A stretch of DNA of 64,000 nucleotides from Octopus sinensis (GCF_006345805.1 NC_043002.1:26846001-26910000), one strand, 5' to 3'. Shown: positions 37,441 through 51,100, numbered from the stretch's first letter. Notes: a model not told the origin generated them from the letters alone. Translations and numbers: made by a program.

Positions 37441-39646
37441 GGCAGACTAGAGGAGATTTTATGACCAAATATATAGTGGAGAACGAAGAACCGAAGATGA
37501 GAAACCTAATGCAGAGGACGCTACAAAGTTCTGGAGTAACCAGTCAATCATAATGGAGATTCATTATGGTTAAAGAAAGTGAGGGAAGAAGTAGTGAGTG
37601 AGAAGCATTAATGAGTTAAAGTCTTAGGAAACTTGCTGTGCTGGAAGGGCCCAGGACCAGATTTAGTTCAAGGGCACTGCCTGAAGAAATTCAGTAGTTT
37701 ACATAGAGTGGTGAGGGAACAACTTGAGGGATGCCTTAATGGAGAAATAATACTAGAGGGAGGGCAATACTCATTATGAAAGATAAGAGCAAGGGCAGTA
37801 CAGCGTGTAACTATAGACCAATCACTTGCTTATCGTTTGTGTGGAAGCTGTTAACAGGAATGCTTTCAGAAAGCATTTACGAGCTCCTTGACAACCAGAA
37901 TTTACTGTCAGAAGAACAAAAAGGTTGCAAGGAAGAAGGCATGATCTATTAAACATAAACAAAAGCAGTTCTAAATGAAGTAAAAACTAGAAAGAAAAAT
38001 CTAACAATAGCATGGATAGATTATAGGAAAGCCTATGACATGATTCCACACTCATGGATAAGTGAATGTTTGAGTATAATCAGTATAGCAGATAACATAA
38101 GAAAATTAATTAGCTTTAGCATAAATAAATGGACAGTAGATCTCTACTCAGGTGGCACGCTCTCAGGGAAAGTTAATATCAAAAGAGGAATTTTCCATAG
38201 AGACTCGTTGTCTCCTTTAAATTTTGTCGTATGTTTGACCCCCACCTCCGTTTAGTATTAAGGAAGTATTAAGGCAGGGTATCAGTTCAAAAATAGTAAT
38301 GGAAGAAGTAACAATTTGCTCTACGTGAACGATCGGAAGCTTTTTTTAGAAAGAATGAAAAGTAGATAGATTGCTTAATACAGATTTTAACACGCTTCAG
38401 CAAAGATATAAGCAAGGAATTTGGCAAGGATAAGTATGCAACATTAGTCAGGGGAAGGCTCGCCAACAGTGAAGGCATCCAATTGCCAGATGTCTAAACA
38501 TTAAAATCCTTGAAAGGAGAAGCGAGTTATAAGTATCTAGAAATATTAGAATCTGATAAACTACTAACTATAGAAACGAATCAAAAATTGAGGTGTACAT
38601 TAGAACGATAAAGAAGCTAATGGAGCCAAGGCTAAATGTTCCGAATCTAGTGAAGGCTGTAAATAGTTGGGCAGTATCATTACTCAGATATTCAGCACCT
38701 TTTGTAGATTGGACGAAAACTGAACTAACAAAGCCAGACAGAAGCAGGATAGTGTTCAATAAGAATTGAGGACTCCACCCAAGGGCAGGATTAGCAAGTT
38801 TATACTTACTTAGAATGGAATGCGGAAGGGTTTTAATATCAGTAGAAGACTGCATGTAGTGAGCTAGATTAGATATAGTGTCCTATGTAGGTAATAGTGA
38901 AGGATGTTTATTAAAAACTGTTATAGTCACAGCAAGACCCAGATAAACCAAAACCCAGACGATGTTAAAAACCAGAAAAAGAACAGAAATTACCTGACTG
39001 TCAGGAGAACACGTTGCAAGGTAGATTCCCAAAGATAGTTTCAGCAAAAAGTAGTAGAGAGACATAGCTGTGTTTGCAGAAAAGAAAGCTGAAAAGGAAG
39101 ACAGAAAGTTTGTTAGTAGCTGCACAAGATCAACAATTATGAATTAATTGGATAAAAGCCAAGATAGACAGAAACCAAGGGAGAGTAATCCACTGGGAAT
39201 TATTTAGAAAGCTAGGATCTGAATATACTAATAAATGGTATGAACATGAACCTAGCAAATAAAGTACTAAAAAATAAGAGATGCAAGATGTTGTGGGACT
39301 TTAACATTCAGAGTGAGAGAGTAATAGAAGCTAGATGCCTCATTTAATAGGAGATAAAGAGAATAGAATGTGCCACATAATTTACTATATAGTCCCAAAT
39401 GATGAAAAACCAATATGAGAGGTAAAGAAAAAACAGCAAATTACCAGGATCTAGTCATTGAATTACAGAGATTATGGAAAGTGAAGGTAAAAGGTATCCC
39501 AGTAGTTATAAGTGCATTGGGAACTATCCCTAAAAATCTGAACAATTATAGGTGTGTTGGGAACTATCCCTAAAAAGCTGAAGAGGCATAAAACCCACTT
39601 TAGTACAATTCCAGAAAACAGAGTGAATGTGTTAGGAAACATGCCG
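37441..39646 (+). mobile_element. R4/Dong-type non-LTR retrotransposon (RT + restriction-like endonuclease), decayed, 3' end cut by a PLE
   Basis: RRFYDQI...PNAEDATKFWS, WKGPGPDLVQG, YRPITCL...WKLLTG, AWIDYRKAYDMIPHSWI, VNIKRGIFHRDSLSPL, LLYVND, HWEL...KWYEHEP, LWDFNIQ, YQDLVIELQRLWKVK...PVVISALGTIP. It starts directly after (TAA)n. Confidence 0.92.
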
Positions 39647-42600
39647 ATTAAAGGAAATCGTAAATGAAATAGCTAAGATTAGCAAAGATAGTCAAACCTT
39701 CACGCATAAATTTTGAAGAAGACTTGAAAGTGCATATTCTCAGAAAATATTCTGAAACTGCTTCACGTTCACTTCTCAGAATGTATGAGGAGAAATATAT
39801 CTGCGGGTTTTTAACATCACGCCCTGGAGGAATGAAGAAGATAACAGGAGAATATCATCAAATTTATACAAAACTGTTTGATCAAATATTCTTCTTTCTC
39901 TCTCTTTCTTTCCTTTGTTCTGTTGTCCTCTTTTTTTCTGTTTTTGTCTGTCCTTTTTTTTTTCGCCTGTTATAAAATTGTAACTGGAAAAGGGATGATG
40001 CTCTCCTTCATACTTTACGTGTAAATTACTATAATTTTGAATTTTTATCACTTCTTATTGTGAACGTGACACTGTTGAAACATCTTTCAACAAATAAAAT
40101 ATCTTACAATCGAATCGTCCTCTTCGTATTGACTGTTTACTTTTGTGAAGAATTACATCAATCCTTTGTAAAATATCAAATTCAAGTAGATTGAGATGAT
40201 GGATTTTATGGTACACAGAATAAAAATTGTAACATATAGAAATTCAAAACAGCCGGGTGTCTAATGAAAATCGTAATGTAAATCACAGCTTTTGCGTTTT
40301 ATTACTTCTTACAATTGGCTTGTCAGCTATGTTAGTTTCGCTAGACCGCATTGCTGGTCCCAATCCTGGGCCAATGGATTTTGTACCATTCAAATATGAA
40401 TCAAAAATTTAGAAATCGACATTTCTATCAGTGAAAAAACTTAATCGCTTTCGTGCCAAAATCAAGAGACATCTATCATTTTCCGGGTTGAAAATCGTAG
40501 CGGAAAATTTTCCAGAAATTCCAATACAATCAACGATTTTTTCTCACACGGAATTTCTAACATACAATCCACACCGCACACTGTTCATTCATCACATCAG
40601 GAACAATCATTTTGTTTTGTCGACCAATTATTTCGGAGATGTTTATATTCATGACAGTTTGAACTTAACAGTTTCGCAGGAACTAATAGCACAAATAACA
40701 ACGTTGTATTCACAACAAACATTATTTCTACAATTCAACAAGTTCATATAATTAATCCGCAAGTTAGTGCATATAATTGTGGCCTTTTTGCCCTGGCATG
40801 TACATTTGAACTGGTCATTGGAAACACCCCAAAGAAGTTTATATTTGATCAGTCAAAATTCGAGCACGTTTTAGATTTTGCCTCAAAAACAATAAATTTG
40901 TTCCTTTCCCGAAAGTAAAGGTTTTTAAAATGTCTACAAAAACCACAGAAGTCACTCACTTTCTATCACCCACCCAGAAAGGCGACTAAAAATTGTGACT
41001 TCTCACATGAACATTCAGAACAGATTTTATCACCCAAAGCCCAAAAAGTAGTCAATAATCTAATGAGAGTAAGACTCTGAAAACCACTTGCCTGAGAAAC
41101 ACCATCACACTAGAGAATAAATCGGTCATAAATTTATCTAAATTAAACCTTTCGCCCCACGATGTCGCAGTCTTAGAGCTTGGGCTAGTTTTGCCCAAGC
41201 ACTAAGAATTTCGACAAGGATAAACTAGCTAAAGGCCTATTTCAGTTTTCCGCTGTCAAAAGCTGAAAGAATTTATTTTTGAAAAACTGGTACCGAGGTG
41301 TCAGAAAACTCTATGCTTATTGAAAATAAAAATGATGATGATCGAATCTGTCATAATTAGATTGAGAAGAATCCCAATTGGTATCCAGATAAAGTTCGGG
41401 ATGGACGTTCAAAAGCAACACTGGAATTTCTTGAATCTTGTCAAGCAGGCATTAAAGAAGGCCTTAAATCAAGTTGAAAGAAGTCCTAGAATAACCTCAT
41501 ATATTCCCAACGTTACGCACTCCGACGTCTAGCTAATAACGATGCTATTATTATTAAGATGGTGGATAAGGGAGGCGCTATCGTAATAATAGACAAAAGT
41601 AAGTATATTTCGGCTTGTGAACAAGTTTTAAATGACAAAGATTCATATAAAGAATTACCTGTCGATCCAAACCCCAATTACACTGAGGGAATTGGAAAAA
41701 TAATTCTGGAAATGGAGGAAAACAATTTCGTTAATAAAGGCTGAATCTAAGATATTACGGTCAGAAAGAAGAACACCTGTATTTTATGGTCTCCCTAAAA
41801 TACACAATTTGCAGCGGATATGAATGTTGCACGGCCAAAATTTCGGAATTGCTGGATGGCTTTCGACTCCCTGTTGCAAAATGATCAAGTTCCTATATTC
41901 GGGATACCTTTGATTTGTATCTAAAATCAACCAATTTTTTAAGCACCGAGGCCTTGTTGAGAACTGTTTTTTTTTTTTTTGGTAACCATGAATGTTTCTT
42001 CCTTATAACCCAATATTGACCACAATGAAGGGGTAGAAGCATGCATGGATGCCTTCGAAAAGTGGTCAAACAAAAGTATTCCATCAAATTTTCTCTGTAG
42101 ATTATTAAGGTTTGTGTTAGAAAGTACCACAATGAAGTTTAGACAAAGATTTTTACCCTAGACTAAGCGTTGCGCCATGGGTACCTCCATGGCAGTTAAT
42201 TTCGCTAATGTCTTCATGACGAAATTCGAGACACAGTTACTGAAGACATTCAAATCTCTTCCTGATCATGAACCAATGCTCTTATTACGGTTCACTAATG
42301 ACATATTTTTGGTCTGGAAAGGATCACAGGGTAGTTCAATGGACTGCTTGCATTTCTGCGACTGTTATGCTAGAAACTTTGGTTTTAAGACCAACATAAA
42401 ATGTACGTTTGATTTTTTAAAACCTAGCGTTGAATGTTAGACAGAAAAGTCAAGTTTTTTGGAGGAAGAATAGTGAGTTATTTTGCAAGCCTACGTCATC
42501 CCCCATTTATCTCCACCGCCGCCCCGATCATCCACATCATCTTTTTCGGTCAAATCCGAAATCCCAATTTTTGAGGATAAAACAGATTTGTACTGACATA

Positions 42601-43667
42601 GGGGATTACTTGAAACATGCAAATGATTTTATACATCATTATATCAAACGCGGTTACAGTGAATCACAATTAAAGGAAATAGCAAATGAAATAGCTAAGA
42701 TTAGCAAAGATAGTAAAAACTGTCACGCATAATTTTAGCAAACAGTCTATAATAGATAACACAATTCCTTTAGCTGGCACCAACATTGTGCTGGCATTTC
42801 AAAAGAGTTGCATGAAAGTTACCAGCATGTGGCGAAAAAATACTCGCGTTTCAAACAGATATTTCCTCAGCCGCCTATTGTAGCCTTTAGACGGAATAAG
42901 AATATAAGACGATTATTCACCTCTATTTCTGACTCCAAGAAAACGAACATTGGGGTATCTGCACACATTAACTTAAAGAACAGCCGCAAGAGGGGTAAGC
43001 CCTATTCATTGTGCAACAACATGAGTGAAGTAAATTCCATCAGAAATCATAACAGAAATGTTATGATTTATACAGAAGGTGGAACATGTAAAGATTCCCA
43101 TTTGGTGTATGCTGCAGAATGCACGAAACACAACTTGATTTATGCTGGTTGTACAACAGAACAATTAAACAAAAGGTTTAATGGGTACAGATACGACGTC
43201 AGACACAATAGTAGTTCGACAGAACTTGCTGAAAATTTCGTTTCAAGCGGCTGCAATTTTGAAGAATATTTCAAAGTGCATATTCTCAGGAAATATTCTG
43301 AATCTGCTTCACTTTCACTTCTCAGAATATACGAGGAGAAATACGCTTGCGGGTTATGAACATCACGCCCTGGAGTAATGAATAAGATGACAGAATATCA
43401 TCAAATTTATACAAAACTGTTTGATTAAATATTCTTCTTTCTCCTTTTTCTCTTTCCATTCTTTCTGTCGTCTTCTCTTTTCCGTTTTTTTTCTGTCCTT
43501 TTCTTTTCGACTGTTATAAAATTGTAAGTTAAACACTACTGATGTCATTCCATCAACGTGTGGATGCTGGTTGTTCTCAAATTTCTATAATTTTAAATTT
43601 TATCACTTCTTATTTTGAACTTGACAAAGACAAACTTACTGTTTAAATATCTTACAATCGAATCGCG
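39647..43667 (+). mobile_element. Penelope-like retroelement (Neptune-like CxxC linker) with upstream partial-tandem pseudo-LTR and N-terminal protease-like domain
   Basis: Decayed ORF at about 40260-43390: VINLSKLNL, IIIKMVDKGGAIVIID, FYGLPKIH, TMNVSSL*PNI, CAMGTSMAVNFANVFM, LRFTNDIFLVW, PPIVAFRRNKN, CKDSHLVYAAEC...YAGCT...RFNG (GIY-YIG). The 3' region 43255-43667 is repeated at 39705-40116. The element ends in (TTC)n. Confidence 0.95.
40540..40915 (+). pseudogene. Ulp1/C48-like cysteine protease domain within the PLE ORF (two frameshifts)
   Basis: LFIHHIRNNHFVLS (His codon 40608-40610), VYIHDSL (Asp 40653-40655), NPQVSAYNCGLFALA (Gln 40760-40762, Cys 40778-40780), then FDQSK-IRARFRFCLKNNKFVPFP. 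The H-D-Q-C order and spacing match Ulp1-family proteases. Confidence 0.75.
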
Positions 43668-43846
43668 TTCTTCTTCTTCTTCTTCTTCTTCTTCTTCTTC
43701 TTCTTCTTCTTCTTCTTCTTCTTCTTCTTCTTCTTCTTCTTCTTCTTCTTCTTTTTCTTCTTCTTCTTCTTCTTCTTCTCCTTCTTCTTCTTCTTCTTCT
43801 TCTTCTTCTTCTTTTTCTTCTTCTTCTTCTTCTTCTTCTTCTTCTA

Positions 43847-43910
<64 letters not shown>
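43668..43910. repeat. Compound (TTC)n + (TAA)n microsatellite
   Basis: Direct reading. Confidence 0.97.
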
Positions 43911-43911
<1 letters not shown>

Positions 43912-44278
43912 GACAGATACGACCCTCTTAAGTACAAAGATGGATAGGTGCAACCGTCTTTAGTACGAAGACAGATAGATACAGCCCACCTAAAAACGAA
44001 ATAGCCCGGCTATTGAAAATGAAGACGGTGAAGATAGTGCCAATTACTTTTGGGTCCTTGGGGATAGTATAAGAAGGCATCAAGAGGAATATAAAGAAAA
44101 CTGGAATAGAGTGACTACTAGAACTGTAACAAATGGTTTGCCTCTTTGGCACGGCTAGAATAACCAGGAAAGTATTAGATAGCTGAAAAGAACGAATAGC
44201 ATGGTATGGTAGGCTGCAAGGAGTAAGTCCGCTACGCATGCACGACTCCAGGAGTTCCAACAAAACCTGCGATAAGGA
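43911..44278 (+). mobile_element. Heavily 5'-truncated R4/Dong-type LINE 3' end embedded in (TAA)n
   Basis: EIARLLKMKTVKIVPITFGSLG...VCLFGTARITRKVL* plus a 3' UTR, flanked on both sides by TAA arrays. Confidence 0.85.
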
Positions 44279-44583
<305 letters not shown>

Positions 44584-45346
44584 AGTGAATTACTTTATTC
44601 TAAGTGTCGGGAAGACACTAGGCAAAAAATGGAAACAATATTGAATGACAGACAACATTAATAACTAATAATACGCATGGAAATGCTTCAATTATATGAG
44701 TAAGATTAATTCAAATCTCTGAAAACTTCCCTAAACATTGTTTCATTTGTTCTATGTTGACAATATACCATAACTATTATCCACAAGAACTTAACATCAG
44801 GTTTAAAGACTAGAATATATTGTGATCGTATATGCCTTTCTATGAAAGTGGAATTTGTGTTTTTTAAAACATTCTACCACAGTTTTGTTTAATATCATTT
44901 AAAACTTCTGTATTCACCATTATCACAAATCAAAAGGCACCTGAAGAAAACCTACGAGGCATACCAGTCAAACCAGAAAGATACAATTTATGTAGTAAAA
45001 CATTCCGACACTTGTGAGCTATCGCGTCCAAAAATGTGTATTAAAGAACTACAGTGAGAGCTAATAAATTGGTTTTACTTAGGCCAATTCTGATTAACCT
45101 ACGCTTAACTAAATTTATATACACAGATATATGCCTACATATCCTAATGTGTATTTCTGTGTGCATGAATATGTAGGGTTGGTAAAATATAAAGTTATAA
45201 ACATGCATTTACTGGTGAAAGAATTCAATGTATCTAGTAGAATAAAATATACTTATCGGTCTGACTGGGTTTCTAGTCATGCCTCGCTGCAGCTTATCCA
45301 GTATGTACACACTCACATTCATACAAATACACACACACACACACAC

Positions 45347-45444
<98 letters not shown>

Positions 45445-45882
45445 CTTTCGTCTATGTTCCTTCATGTATGTATGTGTGCATCCGTCCAAGATGTGCACAT
45501 CAGCAAGAAAAACCTCCGTTACATACACAATATTTGAATAAAAAACACTTTACGATACTTATTCTGCACAAGTTGTGAAGATTCTCCAATTTCAGAATCG
45601 CTGACAGCATGCAGTGAAAAAGAAAAATCGCCTGTATGGAAACTATAACCAGCGGCGCTCTATAAAATGAAGGAATAAAAAAAGAAATGAGACGAAATAA
45701 CATGATAATAAATCTCAGTGAACATGTCATACGTGGTAACCAATTTAGAAAGTAGTGGATCAATTTAAGAGTCGCATATATATATCTAATGTGATTTTTT
45801 TTTTTGGCTGAGACATGTAAAGAGATTAGAGGAGACACCCTGTAATGTTCATATATGCGTGTGTATGTATGTATGTATGTAT

Positions 45883-45954
<72 letters not shown>

Positions 45955-46624
45955 GCGTACACACACACAGAGATATATAATACCGCGTATATTGCAAATG
46001 TGAAACCTGACTATTTGGAAAGAAATGTAAAGTCTTTCAGTTAATGTTTGTTGTTGTTTCATTAATCATGTTTAATTCATTGTTCGCTGTTAGAGACACA
46101 GACATTAATTTAATTAAAAAAAATCTAGAGATCAGTTGGAGGTTAACCATCCATTATCGGTTAGTATTCATGTTTTGCTCTCTTGCTGTTCGCAACGATG
46201 TTGATGATAACGGAAGCGTTGGCCTTGGTAGTTATGTTGGCGGTAATTTGTGGCGGTGATTGGTGGTTATGTTAGTGGTGATTTGTGGCGGTGATTGTTG
46301 CTGGTGATTAATAGTAGTAGCAGTGACTGATGTTGTTGGTAACTGTGGTGATGATAATGATACACGTTAAGCTGATAATATTGGGACTTTTAGCTTGGAA
46401 GCGGTGATTATGTTGTTCTTCTTGGTAGTCTATTTGGGTAGAATTAAAATTTATATATAAATTACTTAGCACTATATGCGATAAAAAGAGCATCCTCTCT
46501 ATATAATCCTCTAATTCTAAAAATTCGCTATTGATACATTTTAAAATATATATTCTCACAGCATCAGTTAACTGAGCAGAATTGCTGGAGCCAACACTCA
46601 TGTAAAACTCATCTGTTCTATCTT

Positions 46625-47400
46625 TGCTTACCCAATATTTCAAACTTTATTTAAGATTTTCTGGTAGCTCGTGTGATATCTATGCGTTAAGCTAAAATAT
46701 TTAAACCCAATGCCGTGCCTTGTGAGACTCCACTGATAACTTGTTGAGCTTGATCGAACAGCATTTATCACCACCTAAAACATTCAGTCCACTTTAATAG
46801 CTTCCCTTGGACTCCAATGTTCGATAGTGTTTTTTCGGTTACTGTTGTCAACCTTTATCGAAGGCATTGCTGTAGTCCAGATTGAGTGAATTCGAGCGCC
46901 CCACTAGCCTTTATGACGTCATCATATTGCTAATTGGGAATAATTAGTTTGTTGCTTTCTAGGAAGTGAGTTATTCGAGGTCTCAACATTCTCACATAGA
47001 TTAACAATAAGAGAGCTGACGTCGGTCGATAATTAAGTTCTAATGATTTGTTACCCAGTTTGAAGACTAGGACAGTCGAATGGGATAGGAAATTTCGGAA
47101 CTCTGGCCAGTGTGCAGTGGTTTCCTCAAAATAATATTTAAAGGGAATACCAGTTAATGTTGGCAGGACTTCAGGATTCTAGTAGGGAATCTGTCGGGGC
47201 CTGCAGCTGAGTTCTTTCGAATTTTGTTAATAGCTGCTATGATATCCGAGGCGCCAAATTATATATCACATAGGGTGTGTTTGTGGTTGTTTCACTGACG
47301 CTGACTGGATTAATCAAGTTGGGATTGCTGATAGTGGAGCTATTTCGCTTTTGCACAATCGCAAACATTTTTTCTGCTCTACGATGCTGACTGTCATTCT
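46625..47400 (-). mobile_element. CR1/L2-type LINE RT fragment
   Basis: Minus strand: DIIAAINKIRKNSAAGPDRFPTRILKSC...PLNII, NYRPTS, FLESNKLI, AFDK, IGVQGKLLKW, SGVSQGTALG. Confidence 0.85.
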
Positions 47401-47550
47401 TACCTATAAGTCATCCACCAGATTAGACAATGTTGTCACGTGAGTATACACGTCTAGTGTAAAATGTTATTACACAAATAGATAGTTGGTTTTGGTTATC
47501 TAAAAACAACCTGTCGCAGAAACATATGTAAACACAGAACGCATTCAATA

Positions 47551-48730
47551 CTACTCGAACGTGGGTACGATACTCAGTATTAACCGTTTAAATTTGTGCA
47601 GACATTTCTGAGAATTAATTGTTAGCAGCTTAGTACAGTCATCTACTACTTGTATTTGTATAAATGCATCAGGAATATCTAATTTTGAGAAGATTTCCTC
47701 TGGGCTGTGTAACTGGTTGTTATACTGTCTTAAACATTCGTTCATTGCCGTCGAGAAATCTGCACATACACGAATTCTATTGTACTTCTTTTTCACATAC
47801 ACAGTTGGAGACACCCAATCTCAACAGTCGATCTTTTTCAACACTCCCACGTTTTCCAATCTCTCTGATTCTTTATTCACTTGTTCCAGTGCTGCAAAAG
47901 GTACATTAAGTTTGGGTTTGAAAACTGCTAAATAATTTTCTTTTACCTGAAAATTTGCTTTAAATTTATTGTACTGACACAACTCGTCCGAAAAACCCAT
48001 CTGGAAATAACCTTTTCAATTCTTTTCCAAACTTTTCTGACTTTTCTGGCGCACGACCCCATTACGTTTTTGCAAAAATTATTTATGGATAAATCCCATA
48101 AGTCAAACAGTTCCATCCAGTCAGTTTCAAAAATATATTTTGTATTTATTAATATATAAGATTTCGAATTCATAGTCTTACCGCGAAATGTAATGTTACA
48201 GATAATTTCACCTTTAAAAATTAATTCAATCCCCGAGACTCTACGTGTAATCTTCGAGGTTTTCTGCGTAGGTTTCCCGATTGTTCTGCATATGTTTTCA
48301 TTAATTACAGCAATATAACTACCTGTAATACACAAATTACCTTTGAGTTACGTTCGTATTACATGTCGCCAGTAAACTGTTTACATGATTTTTTCTGTTG
48401 AACCGTTTTCTATGTTCTGCTTTACAGTTTGACTTTTTATGACGTATCTTTCCACATTTGAAGCATTTTCAACTTTTATAAGGACAGTTGAACCTGTAGT
48501 GTAACTCACGACATCTGGGTTAATTTTATGCTTATCGTGTCATACTATCGGTCGCACCGACTGTATATGAGAGCACTTTCTCATTTCAATTTGTTTCGTA
48601 TCGTGTCATAGGTTTATTATTCTCTGTCATTCCTCAGATATTTCATATAATGTTAGCTTCTGACTTTGCTCTAATTTACTCAGAATTCGGTACGAATTTC
48701 CTTATCTTTCTTTTGCCGTTAAACCTTGCA
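47551..48730 (-). mobile_element. Gypsy LTR-retrotransposon gag-protease-RT fragment
   Basis: EIRTRILSKLEQ (gag), CFKCGKIRHKKSNC zinc knuckle (about 48424-48465), protease region, and RT VKKK..IRVCADFST...FSKLD..DAFIQI...KLLTINS. No LTRs were seen. Confidence 0.88.
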
Positions 48731-50459
48731 AGAAAATTTAGCATTTAATCATATCAGGTGTTAATTAATTTTAAATCTCTTGCATTCCTTATTAACTATC
48801 CCAGAGTATGTAATAAAATAGCCGTTCTTTTTGTAATATTCATGTATTGGCAGCACATATTAAATAAAGAGGTTTTTGAGCTGAAAATCTTCCATAGAAT
48901 ATTCACCGCTTCTTCAAAACAGACTTCACCCGGTTTCTTTGGTAATATGTAATTTCAATATTTCTCATGCTCGGCTGGTGTCAACAGGAAATCGGAAGAC
49001 AAAAGGTAAATCATTTTCCCGTGTTGACTTTTGGTCTACTACCTCAAAAATCGAAAGAATTGAGCAACTTGTCATTTCGGTGACAGGATGGAAACCCTGC
49101 TTAACATATGAGATCCAGGGTACAAGTCAGAAAATATCATAAATGGATAACTACCAATTATAGGCACATAATCTATAAAGATGCATTCCATTCACTACAT
49201 TATGCAAAGAATAATAAACGACAATACAGTAAAGAGATATTAAAACCAAAACCTGGAATATATCGAAATATTCAAGATTACAATTGCAGCTGTGTATCAG
49301 TAGAGTGGATGATTTTTACGTATAAATTAAACGATTCATAACTACAAGGTGACATTTTGTGGTTCGTTGATCCAAGCAGCAATGCATTTACTTCAACTAC
49401 GATGATGACATCCAACACTTTATCGACAGAAATGACAAGTCCACTCTAACTGAACAAATGCGAACTTGCAAGATTCGACAAACTTAATTGCACATAGAAT
49501 ACAATTATATAGTTATCATATCATGTATACGTAAGCCATACGTAATTGTGAATCGTGATCTTTATTTGATACGTGCCGATGCTTTACTCGATCAGCGCAG
49601 ACTTTCCTTCTCTTCAGACCGGATGTTAACTATTCAGGTACTCACACTGCACATGTTTTCATATCCAAAGTTTTTGCCCTTCTATAATTTAATGTGTAGC
49701 AGGTTCACGACATTTGACTCGCATGCTGAGGCAAATTAATCAGTACACTTGGTGGAGATTCTTGGTAGTGGTGACAATTGAGATTCTCCCACAGCACGGC
49801 TTCAATTCAATGCCGGTTATTCTCTTTAAAATTCTTCATCGATCTCCGTATATTGCCCTTTTAAATGGTGCCATCTACTTCATCAATCTGCATATTTCTG
49901 GTCAGGGCCGACAGCTTGCATCTCTCCGTCAAGGATTCCACGGTCGCATGTTCCTTCTAATTCGCCTCCAATATTTCGAAGCCAGTAAAGAAGTACTAGA
50001 CGAAATGTTACGATATTGGGGACGTTATTGCCACTATATACAATTTGAACGAATTTTTTCAGATACTAAAGATTCATGCCGACTTTTGTTTTATCTTCTT
50101 ACATATGTATTTACGTGTGTGTTTGTTTATATATATATATGCGTGTGTGTGCGTGCGTGTATGCGTGCGTGTGTGTGTGCGTGCGCACACATACACATAT
50201 ATGACGCACCATGATTGTTCGCTAAATCCACAAGTTTTTTTTTTTATTCTCTCTCTGTTTACTTCATCGTGTTCCTTTATGTTGAAGAGCATAGGCTGGA
50301 AATCTAAAAGACTTTCTCACATTCCCTAGCGTCTAGCGTCAAACTAAAACACCTGCTTGTTTAGAAACCTGTCTCCGTAATTTTGTTTTTTTTTTGTTGT
50401 AAATTTCAACTACATATATATATACTAAGAAAGAGGCAGAGATAGAGAAAGGGTAGATA

Positions 50460-51100
50460 CAAATATATGTGACTGTTATGTTTTGTCGGTGTTCGGGCAT
50501 CTGTCTAAATGTTTTCTGAAGGAAGAAGCTCTCGTGTGGAGATGTTCTCTGATGCGATGCGGTGGTGTAACAGTTTTGTTCTGCTACCCACATAGAACAT
50601 GTTGCATTTGTTACATTGTATTCTATACACAACATTTACCCGTTGGCATACACCTGTGTCACTTATGGGACAGTTTGTTAGTGCACAATGATTGTTGTCC
50701 CTTGTTCATTTCTTAGTGAGCTGTCCAATAAGATAGGCGTTGGAGTGGGCTAGTTGTATGTCTAGCCCTTCTCTTCCTATGGCTCTTTGGATGGATGTAG
50801 TTATCCTCTCGCTAAAATGGGGTATTTTAAGGATTGACATTACGACATACCTGACCTCACACACTTCTCAGGAGGAATCCCGGAAAGAGCATCATGAGAC
50901 CTCTGCTGAGACGTTTCCAGAAAATAAAAACAGAAAAACCGTTAGAAAACCGATTATAGCAGCGATTCCATCTAAGAATATCTGAAGAAGGAATATTATA
51001 CCGAAATACAATATTAGACAATGGATGACTAAATTACAACAGGTATATAGCCCATTGTCTGTATTATAGTGCATTGTTGTATTATTCAAAACTTTTATCT
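50460..51100. mobile_element. Penelope-like fragment: minus-strand GIY-YIG region joined to a plus-strand pseudo-LTR-like piece
   Basis: Minus 50830-50460: LKIPHF...IQRAIGREGLDIQLAH...CALTNCPISDTGVCQRVNVVYRIQCNKCNMFYVGS...HRI..EHL. The plus-strand piece carries a hammerhead-like motif at 50977-51015. Confidence 0.8.
50977..51015 (+). ncRNA. Degenerate minimal type I hammerhead ribozyme
   Basis: aatat-CTGAAGA-a-gg(aatattata)cc-GAAA-tac-a-atatt: stem I aatat/atatt and core present; the conserved U16.1 reads C. Confidence 0.55.

Noticed and set aside
43520-43660. Search for a hammerhead in the pseudo-LTR of the large PLE
   Set aside because: Only actgatgtcattcc...tggatg is suggestive; there is no GAAA core in either copy.
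49714-50214. 166-aa plus ORF
   Set aside because: It has no recognisable motif, ends in a microsatellite, and may be the antisense of a decayed RTE fragment.
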